Assembly: GCA_020184695.1 (NCBI GenBank)
Contig: JAANOX010000037.1
Coordinates: 124,001 to 188,000 of the forward strand
Direction: 5' to 3'
DNA: 64,000 bases
Source of the DNA: Histomonas meleagridis 2922-C6/04-290x
Taxonomy: Eukaryota; Protista; Parabasalia
Below the pieces are notes generated by a model, which searched no databases, was not told the origin of the DNA, and saw only the letters and a program-made list of their open reading frames with translations. Position numbers and translations under genes: made by a program. Positions 1 through 11,592 of this stretch are shown piece by piece (within the stretch, counting starts at the first letter, position 1; each line of letters opens with the position of its first letter).

Positions 1-516
1 GGTGTTATCCATCGTTTTGGTGGCAAGCGTCTTCAGAAGAAGACACATCGTGGTCGTAGGAAGGTCGCCTGTATTGGCCCATGGCATCCAATGAGAGTCC
101 TTTGGACCATTGCACGCGCTGGTAACAATGGTTTCCACCACAGAACCGAAATGAACAAGAGAATCTACAAGCTCCAACTCGTCGAAGGCGGAAAACTTGA
201 TGAAAGTGGTTCAACTGAATACGATATCTCCAAGAAGTCAATCAACCCAATGGGTGGTTTCGCTCATTATGGTAATATCACAAATGATTTCGTTATGATC
301 AAAGGATCTGTTTGCGGTGCTGTAAAGAGAACTATCACACTCAGAAAGACCATCAACGCTAACACAAAGAGAATCGCTACTGAAGATATCAACCTCAAAT
401 GGATCGATACTGCATCCAAGTTCGGTCATGGAAGATTCCAAACCAAGGAAGAACGTAACAAGTTCCTCGGAAAGCTTAAGCTCTCAAAGGTCGCTGCTGA
501 ACAAAAGAAAGAGTAA
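1..516 (+). CDS. RPL3: 60S ribosomal protein L3 (uL3), 5'-truncated by window edge
   Basis: Frame open from base 1: [30 protein letters not shown]...[10 protein letters not shown]...[10 protein letters not shown], typical uL3 C-terminal half. Confidence 0.97.
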   Translation, partial: GVIHRFGGKRLQKKTHRGRRKVACIGPWHPMRVLWTIARAGNNGFHHRTEMNKRIYKLQLVEGGKLDESGSTEYDISKKSINPMGGFAHYGNITNDFVMIKGSVCGAVKRTITLRKTINANTKRIATEDINLKWIDTASKFGHGRFQTKEERNKFLGKLKLSKVAAEQKKE

Positions 517-700
517 AGTGCTCAAATTATTAATTTCGATTTTTTTATTTCGCAATTGTATTTGCTCCATACAAAGAAATGTATTTCAACGCAAATTTAG
601 CTGAAAGAATTCGATTTTATTTGCTTTAAAGGAGAAAACTTTTGTTGTAAATGAAATGTAAATATTGAATGATTTACGTCGGTATTCAATTTATTTCTTC

Positions 701-3700
701 ATGCAAAATATTAATTCTGTGTCACCTAAAAGTGATTTTGCATGTGAAGAACATTATAATGATATAGAAATACTTACATCGCTTCAGAAAATTATATTTA
801 ATTTAACTCAAGAAAATTTGAATTTATCTGTAGATCAAACAATGAAATTATTTGATTCATATATTTCATATTCGTTTAATTTTGTCCTAAGTAATTTAAT
901 TTATTTTGCTTTTGTGTCACGAATCAATCCAAGTGACATATATAAGTTATTTAGAATTAATTCAAACCAAAGAAGAAGAAAACAATCAAAATAATCCTAA
1001 AATTATTGAATATTTTGTTAAATATATATTAAATATTGGATCACAAGAATCATATTATTTAATAGAAAAAATGATTGAACAGAATTTAATTGATAAAAGA
1101 ATTACTAAAACGATTTATCCAGAATCAGTTTATTCGAAATATTTTGCGCATTATCAAACAGAAAAGCATAATAAAATATATTGTAATGATATAAGAGCAA
1201 AAGGATTTTTAGAAAATTATGAAGAACTATCAAAGAATGATTTTGAACTTCATAAGCAATTAATTAAAGAAGGACATAATCCAAATGATATTGCAAAAAT
1301 AATTCGAAATGATGAAGTTGAAAAACTTCAAGAAATAACATCACAAACAAACTTTGATTTTGAGCAAAAAATTGTTCCATCACTTTATGAAAGATGTTCA
1401 TATGTAAATAATTATGTTTCATTGATTAGTTATGCAGCGTTTTTTGGTTCAACGAAATGTTTTAAATATTTGATGCTAAATGATTTTAGATTTTTCGACA
1501 TTTGTAGATATGCAATTGCAGGTGGAAATCTTGAAATCATTCATTTATGTGAACAAAATCATTTGTCATTTTATGAATCATATGAAACTGCAATTAAATT
1601 TCATCGAAATGATATCTTTAAATATCTTTATGAAAATAAATTAGTAAAATCCGAAATTATCGATTATGATAAATTGGAATATGTATGTATTAATAGTGGA
1701 AATTATGAAATTCTTTTATATTTAGAAGAACAAGGAATAGAAATTACCAAGAAAATAATTAATAAAACTGCAAAATTTGGTAACTTATATCTCGTTAAAT
1801 ATTTTCTTCGAAAATATCAAAGACCCAATGATATCTTATTAAAATCAATCAAGTCAAGGAATTCTGATTTAGTAAAATATATTCTTGAACAAAAGAACAT
1901 TAATATTAATTTTTATAATATTAATTTTTATTGTTTCATATTTATTTTAATAATTCCATGTTTTTTATTCGTTTTCAAAGTTTAAGCAAATTATTAGAAA
2001 CAGCACTTATATTAGCAAGTAAAAATAATTGTAGTGAAATAGTTAAATTACTTCTTGAACAAAAAGGAATTGATGTCAATATTGAAACCATTTATTTATT
2101 CTGTTTGCAATTTCTTTATATATTTTTCTATTTCAAAATAATATTTGGAAATCATTTTCAATATTTAGAACAGCTCTTATGATGGCATCTGAAAAAGGTT
2201 ACACCGAAATAGTTAAATTACTTCTAACGAAAAATGAAATTGATTTCAATAAAAAAAATGTGGATTTGTTTTATTCGATATATATTTTAATATTTTATTG
2301 TTTTAAAATAATATATGGAAATTAATTAGATCATTTAATACAGCAATTATATTTGCATCTCAAAATGGTCATAAAGAAATTGTTAAATTGCTTCTACAAA
2401 AAGAGGGTATTGGTATTAATGCTAAAAATATATATTTATTTTATTTAATGTTTGTTTTATCGATTTTTAAATACAAAAAAATATTAGGAAATCATTTAAA
2501 TTATATGAAACGGCACTTATAACAGCATCTAAGAAAAATTACATAGAAATTGTTAAATTGCTTATACAAAAAGAAGAAATTGATATTAATGACAAAAATA
2601 TATATTTGTTTAATTTAGAATTTACATCATAAATTTAATGTTTCAAAATATTATTTGGGAATTATTTATATTATTTGAAACAGCACTAATGATTGCATCT
2701 CGAAATAATCACTTAAATATAGTCAAATTACTTCTTGATCATAAAGAAATCGATGTAAATGCTAAAGATGTATAATTATTATATTTAAAATTGATATTTT
2801 TGATTTTCATTTTCGAAATAATATTTGGAAATTATTCAAAATATTTAATACAGCACTTATTGAAGCATCTGAAAAAAATCTACTCGAAATAATCAAATTG
2901 TTACTTAGAAATAATGATGTTAATGTTAATGAAAAGAATATTTTAAATGTTTTATTTAATGTTTATTGTATTAATTGAATGTTTCTGGAAAAATCTTGAA
3001 AATCATTAATAATATTTAACACAGCACTTATTTTAGCTGCTAAAAGTGGTCACTTGAATATAATTAAATTGCTTCTTGAACGCAAAGAAATTGATATCAA
3101 TGCTAAAAATATTTATTCTATTTATTTATAGTTTTTATCTTTATTTTGATATTCCAAAATGACACATAGAAACTATTTAAAATATTTCAAACAGCACTTA
3201 TTTTAGCATCGCAAAATGGTCATACAGAAGTAGTTAAATTACTTCTTGAACAAGAAGGAATTGAAATCAATGCGCAAAATCTTTGTTTTTTTTCTTTAAA
3301 ATTTATTTTTATAATTTAATATTTGTAAATAATATTTAATAATTATTTGAATTATTCTCAACTGCACTAATTAATGCATCAAGATATAATAATAAAGAAA
3401 TAGTTAAATTGCTTCTAAATAAGAATGAAATTGATATAAATGTTAAAGATATATTTTTACTTTGTTTAGATTTTATATATCAAAATAGTTTTTGGAAATT
3501 AATTAAATTTTATGAGTCTGCACTTACCATTGCATCTTTAAAAGGATATACAGAAATAGTTAAATTACTTTTAGAGCAAAAAGGTACAGATGTTAATATA
3601 AAAGAAATATATAAATTTTATTTAATATTTTATTCCAAAATTTTCAATTTCCAAAAAATATTTGGAAATTATAAAAATTATTTAACACACCATTAATGAT

Positions 3701-3934
3701 TGCATCTGAAAAAGGTTATATAGAAATAGTCAAAATGCTTCTTAAGCATGAAAAAATTAATGTTAATGATAAAAATATTTTTTTATTTTGTTTTATGTTT
3801 ATTTTAATAATGTAATGTCTCAAAATAATATTCGGAAACAATTTAAATTATAAAATACAGCACTTATGTTAGCATCACGAAATGGTCGTACTAATATTGT
3901 ATCATTGCTCAACGATTTTATTTCTAAAAATTAA
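701..3934 (+). CDS. DUF3447-like + ankyrin-repeat protein A, interrupted by 47 17-nt elements; also a 2-nt frameshift near 950
   Basis: ATG at 701. N-terminal region homologous to the ORFs at 22496, 28132 and 45001 (NDEVEKLQEI, YAAFFGSTKCFKYL, AIKFHRNDIFKYL). Then 11 internal 90-nt ankyrin exons (TALxxAS..EIVKLLL..IDxN) plus a terminal repeat TALMLASRNGRTNIVSLLNDFISKN-TAA at 3857-3934. Confidence 0.85.
1920..3856 (+). repeat. Ankyrin array 1: ~170-nt period (90-nt exon + 4 x [17-nt element + 1 codon])
   Basis: Thr/Ser codon of TAL at 2000, 2170, 2340, 2510, 2680, 2850, 3021, 3191, 3361, 3517, 3687, 3857. Confidence 0.95.
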
Positions 3935-3962
3935 ATAAAACAATTTCATTTTGTATATTTAT

Positions 3963-4859
3963 TTATTTTTTGGATGTATCAAGTGTAAATGAGAATCCAA
4001 GATCATAATCATGTGTCAAATGTTGTACTGTCACAGAAACATCAAAACCAATATTAGGAGTGATCTGCCTTGAAAAGATTGTCGTTATTGCGAGTTTAGA
4101 CGAAACAACAGAATGAACAGCGGTTTTCTTAAGTTGCACATGAGATGACAAATTCAACGAAAATTCCTTTTTTGAGCTAACAGATGTGTCCAAGCCGAAT
4201 CTGATCGCTGGATCAGATTGTTTCACTATGGATAAGTTAGCAATCCATTTGTCACAATAATTTAAAGAAAGGTGAATAATGGATTTTGTTAACTGAGCAT
4301 GAATAAGAGCTTCATAGAGATATTTTTGGTCTTCTGTAGAGGTGACTTTACCACCAAATGCAAACCTTGTATTTCCAAAAATTGCTGTGGCTTCTTGAAA
4401 TCGAACCCATTTCTCTTTGTCATAAACTCCTGACGCTGTTATGTTTGAGTAAGGCTGTTGTAAGTTAAGCTCCAACATACCTTGAAAATTAGATCCATCT
4501 GTGATAAAACGACCTTGGGTAATAAAAAATGGAGAAAGAGCAACTGCACCATTTAGAAGGAGATTGTCTTTGGTGTAAATAGCATTGATTTGAGCTCTAT
4601 TTAAAATGTTGATAGCTAAATTTGGAACAAAAATTTTGTTTGATTGGAAAATTGGATAACTACCTCCATATACATCTCTACCAATAGATACTTTGAATGA
4701 ACCAATTTTTATGTTATTCGACAATTGAAAAATAGAATTAAATTTATGAATGTGCTGGATTGTTAATCCCGGGAATGTTTCAATATAAAACATCGATTCT
4801 GTTTGTGCTTTAAAGTCTTTAAATGAAGGAAGAAGCCCAACAAAAGATTTTTCTCCCAT
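3963..4859 (-). CDS. Tom40-like / eukaryotic porin family beta-barrel (probable hydrogenosomal outer membrane translocase)
   Basis: 298 aa with alternating beta-strand pattern; N-terminal PSFKDFKAQTESMFYIETFPGLTIQHIHKFNSIFQLSNNIKIG resembles the Tom40 N-terminus; ends in beta-signal-like YDLGFSFTL. Confidence 0.65.
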   Translation of the reverse strand: MGEKSFVGLLPSFKDFKAQTESMFYIETFPGLTIQHIHKFNSIFQLSNNIKIGSFKVSIGRDVYGGSYPIFQSNKIFVPNLAINILNRAQINAIYTKDNLLLNGAVALSPFFITQGRFITDGSNFQGMLELNLQQPYSNITASGVYDKEKWVRFQEATAIFGNTRFAFGGKVTSTEDQKYLYEALIHAQLTKSIIHLSLNYCDKWIANLSIVKQSDPAIRFGLDTSVSSKKEFSLNLSSHVQLKKTAVHSVVSSKLAITTIFSRQITPNIGFDVSVTVQHLTHDYDLGFSFTLDTSKK

Positions 4860-4939
4860 TTATGCTACAAACGGATTCAGGACACCCCATAAATTTATAA
4901 GACCGTTTTTCTTATAACCGTTGGTCAAATCAAGTAATT

Positions 4940-6313
4940 ATGTCTGTAACTCTTGACGAGGTAAATTTTCTTGTCTGGAATTACCTAAAAGAAAACGGAT
5001 TTCATCATGCCGCTTTTCTTTTTGGCACAGAATCATTAGTTCAATCTACAAATATTCCTCAAGACCAAATTTGTCCAGGAGCGCTTGTAAAAATTTTACA
5101 GAACAGTATTAAGTATATGAAAATCGAAAAATCAATTAATCATGGACGTATTGATCCAAATTCAGACATTTTTACAGAAATAAAAAAATTAGAGGAAATG
5201 TTTCCAGAAACCACTCCAGAGCCCGAAGGGAAAGTTCTCATGCATATAAACGAACAAAAAATTCAATTATCACCAGAAGTTGCTTGCATTTTAGCAAGTC
5301 ATCGATCATCTGTTTTTTGTTGTAGATGGTCACCAGTCAATGACCAACTTGCCACAGCAAGTGAGGATTCAACTGTTATTTTGTGGAACATCAAAGATGG
5401 TATTTCAACACGTCATGAAGTTATTGGGAAACCAGACATTCAATCATCCGATTCTGGTGTCAGTTGTATTGATTGGGATGTAAGTGGTCATTACATAGCA
5501 GCAGGTACCCTCGATGCGCAAGTCCATATTTTTTCTAATACTGGTTCACGTATAGCCACCTTATCTGATCATAACAACAACATCTTTTCGGTTCAATTCA
5601 ACCCATCTGGTACCCTTCTCGTCACTGCGGGCGCTGACCACAAGGCCATAGTTTGGGACACTTCCACTTTTTCAAAGCTTCAATCGTTTGACTTCCACAA
5701 GGACACCATCTTAGACGTTACGTGGAAGGATGACAAGTGCTTTATAACAGCATCAGCAGACCATACCATAGGCGTCTGTACAATCGGAAATACCGGCTTT
5801 GTGGTATTAACAGGACATAAAGCACCAGTTTCTGTAGTATCATTTAATCCAAGTCGTACATGCTTGGCATCAGCTAGCGAAGATAAAACAATTAAGTTAT
5901 GGCGTAGCCAAAACAATAATGATAGCGTTGTTTTAAATGGTCATGAAAAAGCAGTATCAGCCCTCAAATGGGTACCAGAAAACGATTTTATTCTTGTATC
6001 AGGAGCATTAGATGGTACTATACGTTTGTGGGATACTATACAATACACATGCTTATACGTAATTCAAGCTCATCAAAATGAAATATTTGCAATTAGTTGT
6101 TCACCTAATGGAAAATATATTGCAAGCGGTTCAAATGATGCTACAATTACAGTGTCATCTGTTACAGAAGGTAAAAAAATTCTCATGTTCACTGGGAATA
6201 GTGAAGTTTATGATGTACAATGGAGTAAAGATGGCAATTATATAGCGGCTGCATTCGATGATTCAACTGTGGCTATTATACCTTTCCAAAATTATATTGG
6301 AGAGGAAAATTAA
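4940..6313 (+). CDS. LisH + WD40 protein, TBL1/Ebi/Sif2-like
   Basis: LisH (DEVNFLVWNYLKENGFHHAAFLF), PGALVKILQ, followed by ~8 WD40 repeats. Confidence 0.88.
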   Translation: MSVTLDEVNFLVWNYLKENGFHHAAFLFGTESLVQSTNIPQDQICPGALVKILQNSIKYMKIEKSINHGRIDPNSDIFTEIKKLEEMFPETTPEPEGKVLMHINEQKIQLSPEVACILASHRSSVFCCRWSPVNDQLATASEDSTVILWNIKDGISTRHEVIGKPDIQSSDSGVSCIDWDVSGHYIAAGTLDAQVHIFSNTGSRIATLSDHNNNIFSVQFNPSGTLLVTAGADHKAIVWDTSTFSKLQSFDFHKDTILDVTWKDDKCFITASADHTIGVCTIGNTGFVVLTGHKAPVSVVSFNPSRTCLASASEDKTIKLWRSQNNNDSVVLNGHEKAVSALKWVPENDFILVSGALDGTIRLWDTIQYTCLYVIQAHQNEIFAISCSPNGKYIASGSNDATITVSSVTEGKKILMFTGNSEVYDVQWSKDGNYIAAAFDDSTVAIIPFQNYIGEEN

Positions 6314-6677
6314 TTATTATTTTTTGTATAAAGTTGTTTTGCTTTTTTATTTTTCTGCGTAATAAAAATAGTTAGTCACTTAATAATAATTTGGTATATT
6401 TTTCTTGACAAAATGTCGAAGTAGTAGTGGAACAATTACATTTTTCATCTGTGCATTTTGTTTCATTATTTATTAATAATTAACTTTAATCTCAAAATAA
6501 AAGTTAACTTCTAAAAAAAAAAAAATATTTGAGCCACTAAAACTATTTCACTCAGTGAATGATGAATTTTGAACCAAAAAATGTGTAAACAACAGAAAAA
6601 AATGTGAAAAAAAGCTGTATTCTGTTAAAACCGATCAAAATTACTGTGATTGCCGGCGGTTTACGTTGAACTGTCAG

Positions 6678-7274
6678 ATGGGATCTTGCACAAAGCCGAA
6701 AGCCATAGCAGTTCTTATCACGACATTATATTTTATATCCACAGTGTTTCCTCTTCTGTGTGGAATTTTATGGTTATTTACTGAACCAGAATTTAGGAAT
6801 TTCGATAAGTATTATAAATCCATAGATCTCACCAATTTCGCTTTTATGCAAATAATCATGTCTTCAATAGAAACGTTCCTTTCTTTAATAACTCTTATCC
6901 TCTTTTTATGTGGAAATTTACGCAATATGAAAGCTCTGGTTTGGATCACTGCATTCGTAAGCATTGGACCTTTGGTTACGATTTTTATTTCTTATGCTAA
7001 CACATCAGAATCTGATTGTATTGAAATTTTTAACGAAATAACAGATGATATTGACCATATTATCGCAGGATGCCTTGACCCACACTTGATCTTTTCTGTT
7101 GCTTTAGCGCTTTTTCTCATGATGCACTTTTTCATGTTGGCATACATTATAATTGAAAATTATGGATTTACAGAAAACGCAAATCCTCCTCAGACCACAA
7201 CCACAGCACAAAATGAAAAGGAAAGGCAGATATATAAACAAGAATTAGTTTCACCCCAACCTTTCCAATATTAA
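6678..7274 (+). CDS. Hypothetical four-transmembrane protein
   Basis: First ATG at 6678; four hydrophobic segments and a polar C-terminal tail. Confidence 0.55.
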   Translation: MGSCTKPKAIAVLITTLYFISTVFPLLCGILWLFTEPEFRNFDKYYKSIDLTNFAFMQIIMSSIETFLSLITLILFLCGNLRNMKALVWITAFVSIGPLVTIFISYANTSESDCIEIFNEITDDIDHIIAGCLDPHLIFSVALALFLMMHFFMLAYIIIENYGFTENANPPQTTTTAQNEKERQIYKQELVSPQPFQY

Positions 7275-7609
7275 TTCAAATGCTCAACATCAAAATGTTT
7301 CTCATCAAAATCTAAATTGGTGTTTCTTACCTTTTTTTCCAATAAAGCGAATTTGGTAAACTTTTTTTTTTAAAAATATTTTGAAGTTTTTAAACGATCA
7401 TAATAATGTGTAATAAAGATTGTAAACTCCACATTTTTTAACAAGAAACAGATTTTTAAAGGAATTACTATTAAAATTATTTCGGATTTAAACTTTATCA
7501 AGCAATTGCTTCATGTAAACGTACTCCAAATAAAAACGAACGTTTATTGCCACTTTTTGCTTTTGAACGAAACTGCGTCGGTTTGATTAGTTTCTGACAT
7601 TTGTCCAAA

Positions 7610-8128
7610 ATGGCACAAAGCCCTCTTCAACCATATTTAAACGCCATCCGCCGCTCTCTTCAATCAGCCCTCTGTCTTCGTAACTTTGCTTCACAAGATG
7701 TTGAACGTCATAATAAACCAGAAATTGAAACACAAACAAAATCTTCTCGCGAAGTTATCGGACACCCAATCATGATCGCAAGATCTGAAATAGAAGCTGT
7801 TTTTATAGAAACTTCTATTAATAGCGTTCGTATTTCAGTTAAGGTTAAGCAGCTCGATGATGTTGATACCCTTTTGGTCAAAATGTTCATGCGTTTCCTT
7901 TGCCAACGTGCGGATCAATTCCGTATTCTCCGTCGAAAGCCAATTGAAGGCTATGATATTTCTTTCTTGGTTACAAACATTCATACTGAACAAATGATTT
8001 TATCCAAGTTAATTGATTTCATCATTACCTTCCTTCAAGATGTTGACAAGGAAATTTCTGACATGAAAGTTACACTTAACAAGAGGGCACGTAAATGTGC
8101 AGAAGAATTTCTCAAGATTTTGGTCTAA
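7610..8128 (+). CDS. ARPC4: Arp2/3 complex subunit 4 (p20-Arc)
   Basis: [35 protein letters not shown]...[16 protein letters not shown]; ATG at 7610. Confidence 0.96.
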   Translation: MAQSPLQPYLNAIRRSLQSALCLRNFASQDVERHNKPEIETQTKSSREVIGHPIMIARSEIEAVFIETSINSVRISVKVKQLDDVDTLLVKMFMRFLCQRADQFRILRRKPIEGYDISFLVTNIHTEQMILSKLIDFIITFLQDVDKEISDMKVTLNKRARKCAEEFLKILV

Positions 8129-8322
8129 ACCCAAAACTCACTTTTTTTGTTTTTTATTGTTAACACATATTTTCAAACATGAAAACATTAAAGAGAATCA
8201 AATTGCATAAAACAAAATTTTTACTAAATTTTTATCGTTGGAAGTAGGGCACCCCAAACAAAATGACAAATTTGAGTTATTTACAATAAAAATATCGAAA
8301 AAGTTGATGAATTTAAACGATT

Positions 8323-8580
8323 TTAATAACGTGGTGGATATCCTGGTTGTGGAGGATATGGTTGTTGTGGATAACCTGGTTGTGGTGGGTATGGTTGTTG
8401 TGGATATCCTGGTTGTGGAGGATATGGTTGTTGTGGATAACCTGGTTGCATCATTGGCATTCCTGGTTGTGGGTATCCAGGTTGTGGTGGATATGGTTGT
8501 TGAGGATAGCCTGGTTGCATCATTGGCATTCCTGGTTGTGGATATCCTGGTTGTGGCATTGGTGCTGCAACAAATGGTTG
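8323..8580 (-). repeat. Coding tandem repeat (YPQQPYPPQPG / YPQPGMPMMQPG)
   Basis: Repeated tgtggatatcctggttgtggaggatatggttgt units on the + strand. Confidence 0.9.
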
Positions 8581-8946
8581 TGCACCTCTTGGAGCAAGAT
8601 GACCAATTAAATGGAGACGACCTCCCTTCTTAACACGGCGTGCAGGGATCATATCATACCATTGGTCAATAACACGTCCTTGGGTGAATGAACCTAAGTG
8701 AACATCAAGTGTTGACATTGGGTCATCCTTGATCAGATCTTGATCTTTCATGGTAATACGAAGGGTTTCGCTACCATTAACGTCGAAGTGGAAATCTTCG
8801 TTCCATCTTGGATGCATGGAATTCTTGATAACCCTTGTCCTTCTTGTTTGACCACCAATTGTGATGATACAATAAGCATCAGTCGCATTGGCATCCATCC
8901 TTGGGATGTCAGTAGCTTCGAGAACTCTGAGGTGAAATTGGTACAT
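8323..8946 (-). CDS. C2-domain protein with C-terminal XYPPX (P/Q/G/Y-rich) repeats
   Basis: MYQFHLRVLEATDIPRMDANATDAYC...HPRWNEDFHF...DQDLIKDDPM (C2 with Ca-binding Asps), then YPQQPYPPQPG repeats; likely ATG at 8946. Confidence 0.88.
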   Translation of the reverse strand: MYQFHLRVLEATDIPRMDANATDAYCIITIGGQTRRTRVIKNSMHPRWNEDFHFDVNGSETLRITMKDQDLIKDDPMSTLDVHLGSFTQGRVIDQWYDMIPARRVKKGGRLHLIGHLAPRGAQPFVAAPMPQPGYPQPGMPMMQPGYPQQPYPPQPGYPQPGMPMMQPGYPQQPYPPQPGYPQQPYPPQPGYPQQPYPPQPGYPPRY

Positions 8947-9449
8947 GAAGAATAAAAATGGGGATGTTAATTGAGTTAAACCGAAATTTTTTGCATTCAT
9001 TAAAAAACCACCCGATCAGTTTATTTCTGAGGCTGTTCGTTTGAAAAATTGATTCGATCGCAGGCGCTTTTTGGCTGTTGTAAAAAAAATCGGCCGTCAA
9101 TTGAATTTGAATAAAAATAAAATTGCACTCCAAAAGAAACATATTAATTTAGTCTAATTTAGTTTCTTATGTTGGAAAAGGTTTTAGGTTTTTAACTTTT
9201 TGGTAGGAAATGCGATTCGTAAATATTAAAGAAATTGTAAATATGATCCAATTATTTTTCAAAAATCGAAATTACTGAATAAAAAACTTGGAAGAGTAAT
9301 GTGAATGATTTAATTAAATTCATAGTGGGAATGTTTTACAATAGAATTTGGATTTATAATTTCATTTGATATTTCTTATACCACCCTAAAAAATAAACCA
9401 TTCAAAATGAAGAGTTTTGTCTATCACAAAAAGTGACAAAGGGTCTGAA

Positions 9450-10001
9450 ATGTCATCAAAATCCTCTATCCCAGTTAGAATTGTTGCTGTTGGTGACGGT
9501 GCTGTCGGTAAAACAAGCATGTTGCTTGTTTTTAAAGGTGAACCATTTCCAGAAGATTATGAACCATCAATATTTGAAAACCACCATGAAATGAGAAATT
9601 TCCAGGGAAAAACATATTGCCTTCATCTTTGGGATACAGCAGGACAAGAAGAATATGACCGATTACGCCCAATGAGTTATGCAAAATGTGATGTTGTATT
9701 GATATGTTTTTCACTTGATAACAAAGAAAGTCTTAAAAACGTAGTTGACAAATGGAAACTCGAAATTATCGAATATTGTCCAAAAGCTGCCGTAATTCTT
9801 GTTGGAACTAAGTCGGATCTTTGGGATAAAAATGCTGATGGTGCAATTACACAAGAAGACATTGACAATGTTGCTAAACAGGTGAAAGCATTTAAGACAA
9901 TCACATGTTCGGCTAAGAACAACACAAATATTGGAAACGTTTTTGATCTCGCTATTGCTGCCGCAATTAACAAAAATGGTGGTGGATGCACAATTGCTTA
10001 A
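9450..10001 (+). CDS. Rho/Rac-family small GTPase
   Basis: GDGAVGKT, YEPSIFEN, LWDTAGQEEYDRLRPMSY, TKSD, CSAK, CAAX-type C-terminus CTIA; ATG at 9450. Confidence 0.94.
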   Translation: MSSKSSIPVRIVAVGDGAVGKTSMLLVFKGEPFPEDYEPSIFENHHEMRNFQGKTYCLHLWDTAGQEEYDRLRPMSYAKCDVVLICFSLDNKESLKNVVDKWKLEIIEYCPKAAVILVGTKSDLWDKNADGAITQEDIDNVAKQVKAFKTITCSAKNNTNIGNVFDLAIAAAINKNGGGCTIA

Positions 10002-11592
10002 AAATGGATATTTTTTTCTAAAATTTTGATTTATTTGTGTGTTTGATATGTAAATTTAGTTAAAAGTAAATAATTTTATAAGTTTGAAAATTTAATTTTA
10101 AGAATCCAATAGCGCTTGCATCGTTTTTTCATTTCTAGAAGATGTTGTTAATATGTTTATTAATATTTTATAATATATATTAAATATATTACATATATAT
10201 TAAATATATAATACATGTATTGATTGAAATAAATTTTTACGTGTATGTTACTCAATTTTATATTTAGAGAATTAAGATATCCTCATTTTATTTTTTTCTG
10301 TTAATTTCTATTATTAGACCAGTTAATAATATAATATAGTCTACAAACACCATACATCAAATCACAAATTCTAACAAATTTTCGGTGATGACATGTTTTC
10401 TCTATCAAACTGAGTGTTATTTTTACTTGTGTTACTCTCTGCATTAATTCTAGGTGTTACACTTTGTATCAATTCTAGAATGATCATATGCTGACCCATA
10501 TTCCATTAATTGTAAACGGTATTTATTCAATTATGTGGAGATGAATAGATTACCAGATTACCATTTTAATGTTATGAAGAAATCTTTTCAGGATTGTTAA
10601 GTTGGAACTATTCTTTCAATGAAATAATAAGCGTTCAAAAAGCTCTATCGAGGGGTTAATGAAGAAAAAACATTAGTAACATTAATTGAGTTTTTCGTAT
10701 AGTTTTGGGCAATGACATTAGGTGAAGTGTTGAAATTATTAAAATAATCATCATAGAAATCAAATGCAAAAAGAAAATCATCATCAGACATTAAAAAAAA
10801 TGAAGTGATTAACGTTTTTTATTCAAATTAGATTGTTAAAACTATTGGGGTTAATAGAATTGACATCAAATACTGATTTGAATTCATGGGTATCAGGTAT
10901 CATATGGGAGATGAGAATATTGTTAACTTCATCATTCTTGGACTCATAGAGAAATGTTTGATACCATTGTCCAAAATTGCTTTCGAGTTTTATTGAGTGA
11001 ATTTCTGAATAATGTATATTATTTGTTATTGAAGGCTTTTTGTTCTCTGTTATTGGTATTGATATTTTGATATGTCTTTGATTGAAAAAATCTATTAACT
11101 CTATATGAACAAAATAGAAATCTTGAAAAATTCTTATGTTTGATTATCATTTATATTGGTTTCATTATAAAATTAGTAAAATTGCCCATTTTATCATCTT
11201 TGGGCTAAAAGAAAAATGCAACTGCTGTTGCATCTGGATCCTTTTCCTTGAGATAATCTCCAAGTTTGGTAACTGAAAAATATTTCGTATTCATAAAGAG
11301 TGAAGTGATGAAGTAACATTTCAAAATTGAAAATACTGACCATTGGTTCATTAATATAAATTTGCCATGCGACCATACAATAACCGTCGTTTTTCGATTA
11401 TATAACCTTCGACCAAATATAACATATAAACGATTTGTGCTGGTTATACGAGGTTTTTGATAAGTTTACGTGAAAGATGGCATAAAAGTGCTATCATTAC
11501 TCTCAAAAAGTTTCCCTTTCTCTCAAAATTGAATGCGCATTCAAATTTTCAAACGAATTGTATGGCTCACAAAAATCATTTTGATTTCTGTA

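Noticed and set aside
1931-3696. ORF-track short ORFs (1931-2182, 3409-3696, 20707-20937, 21907-22131, 22248-22448, 47853-48089) as separate genes
   Set aside because: They are single ankyrin exons read on into the flanking 17-mer blocks.
1920-3856. One 68-nt GT-AG intron per ankyrin repeat
   Set aside because: No conserved GT, AG or CTAAC in any register. A single-intron model cannot recover the conserved Gly, which lies 17 nt upstream of the last loop codon, and does not explain the 63-nt or 20n-nt junctions.
8238-8633. Repetitive ORFs VVDILVV / WLLWISWL on the + strand
   Set aside because: Antisense shadows of the XYPPX repeat of the C2 protein.
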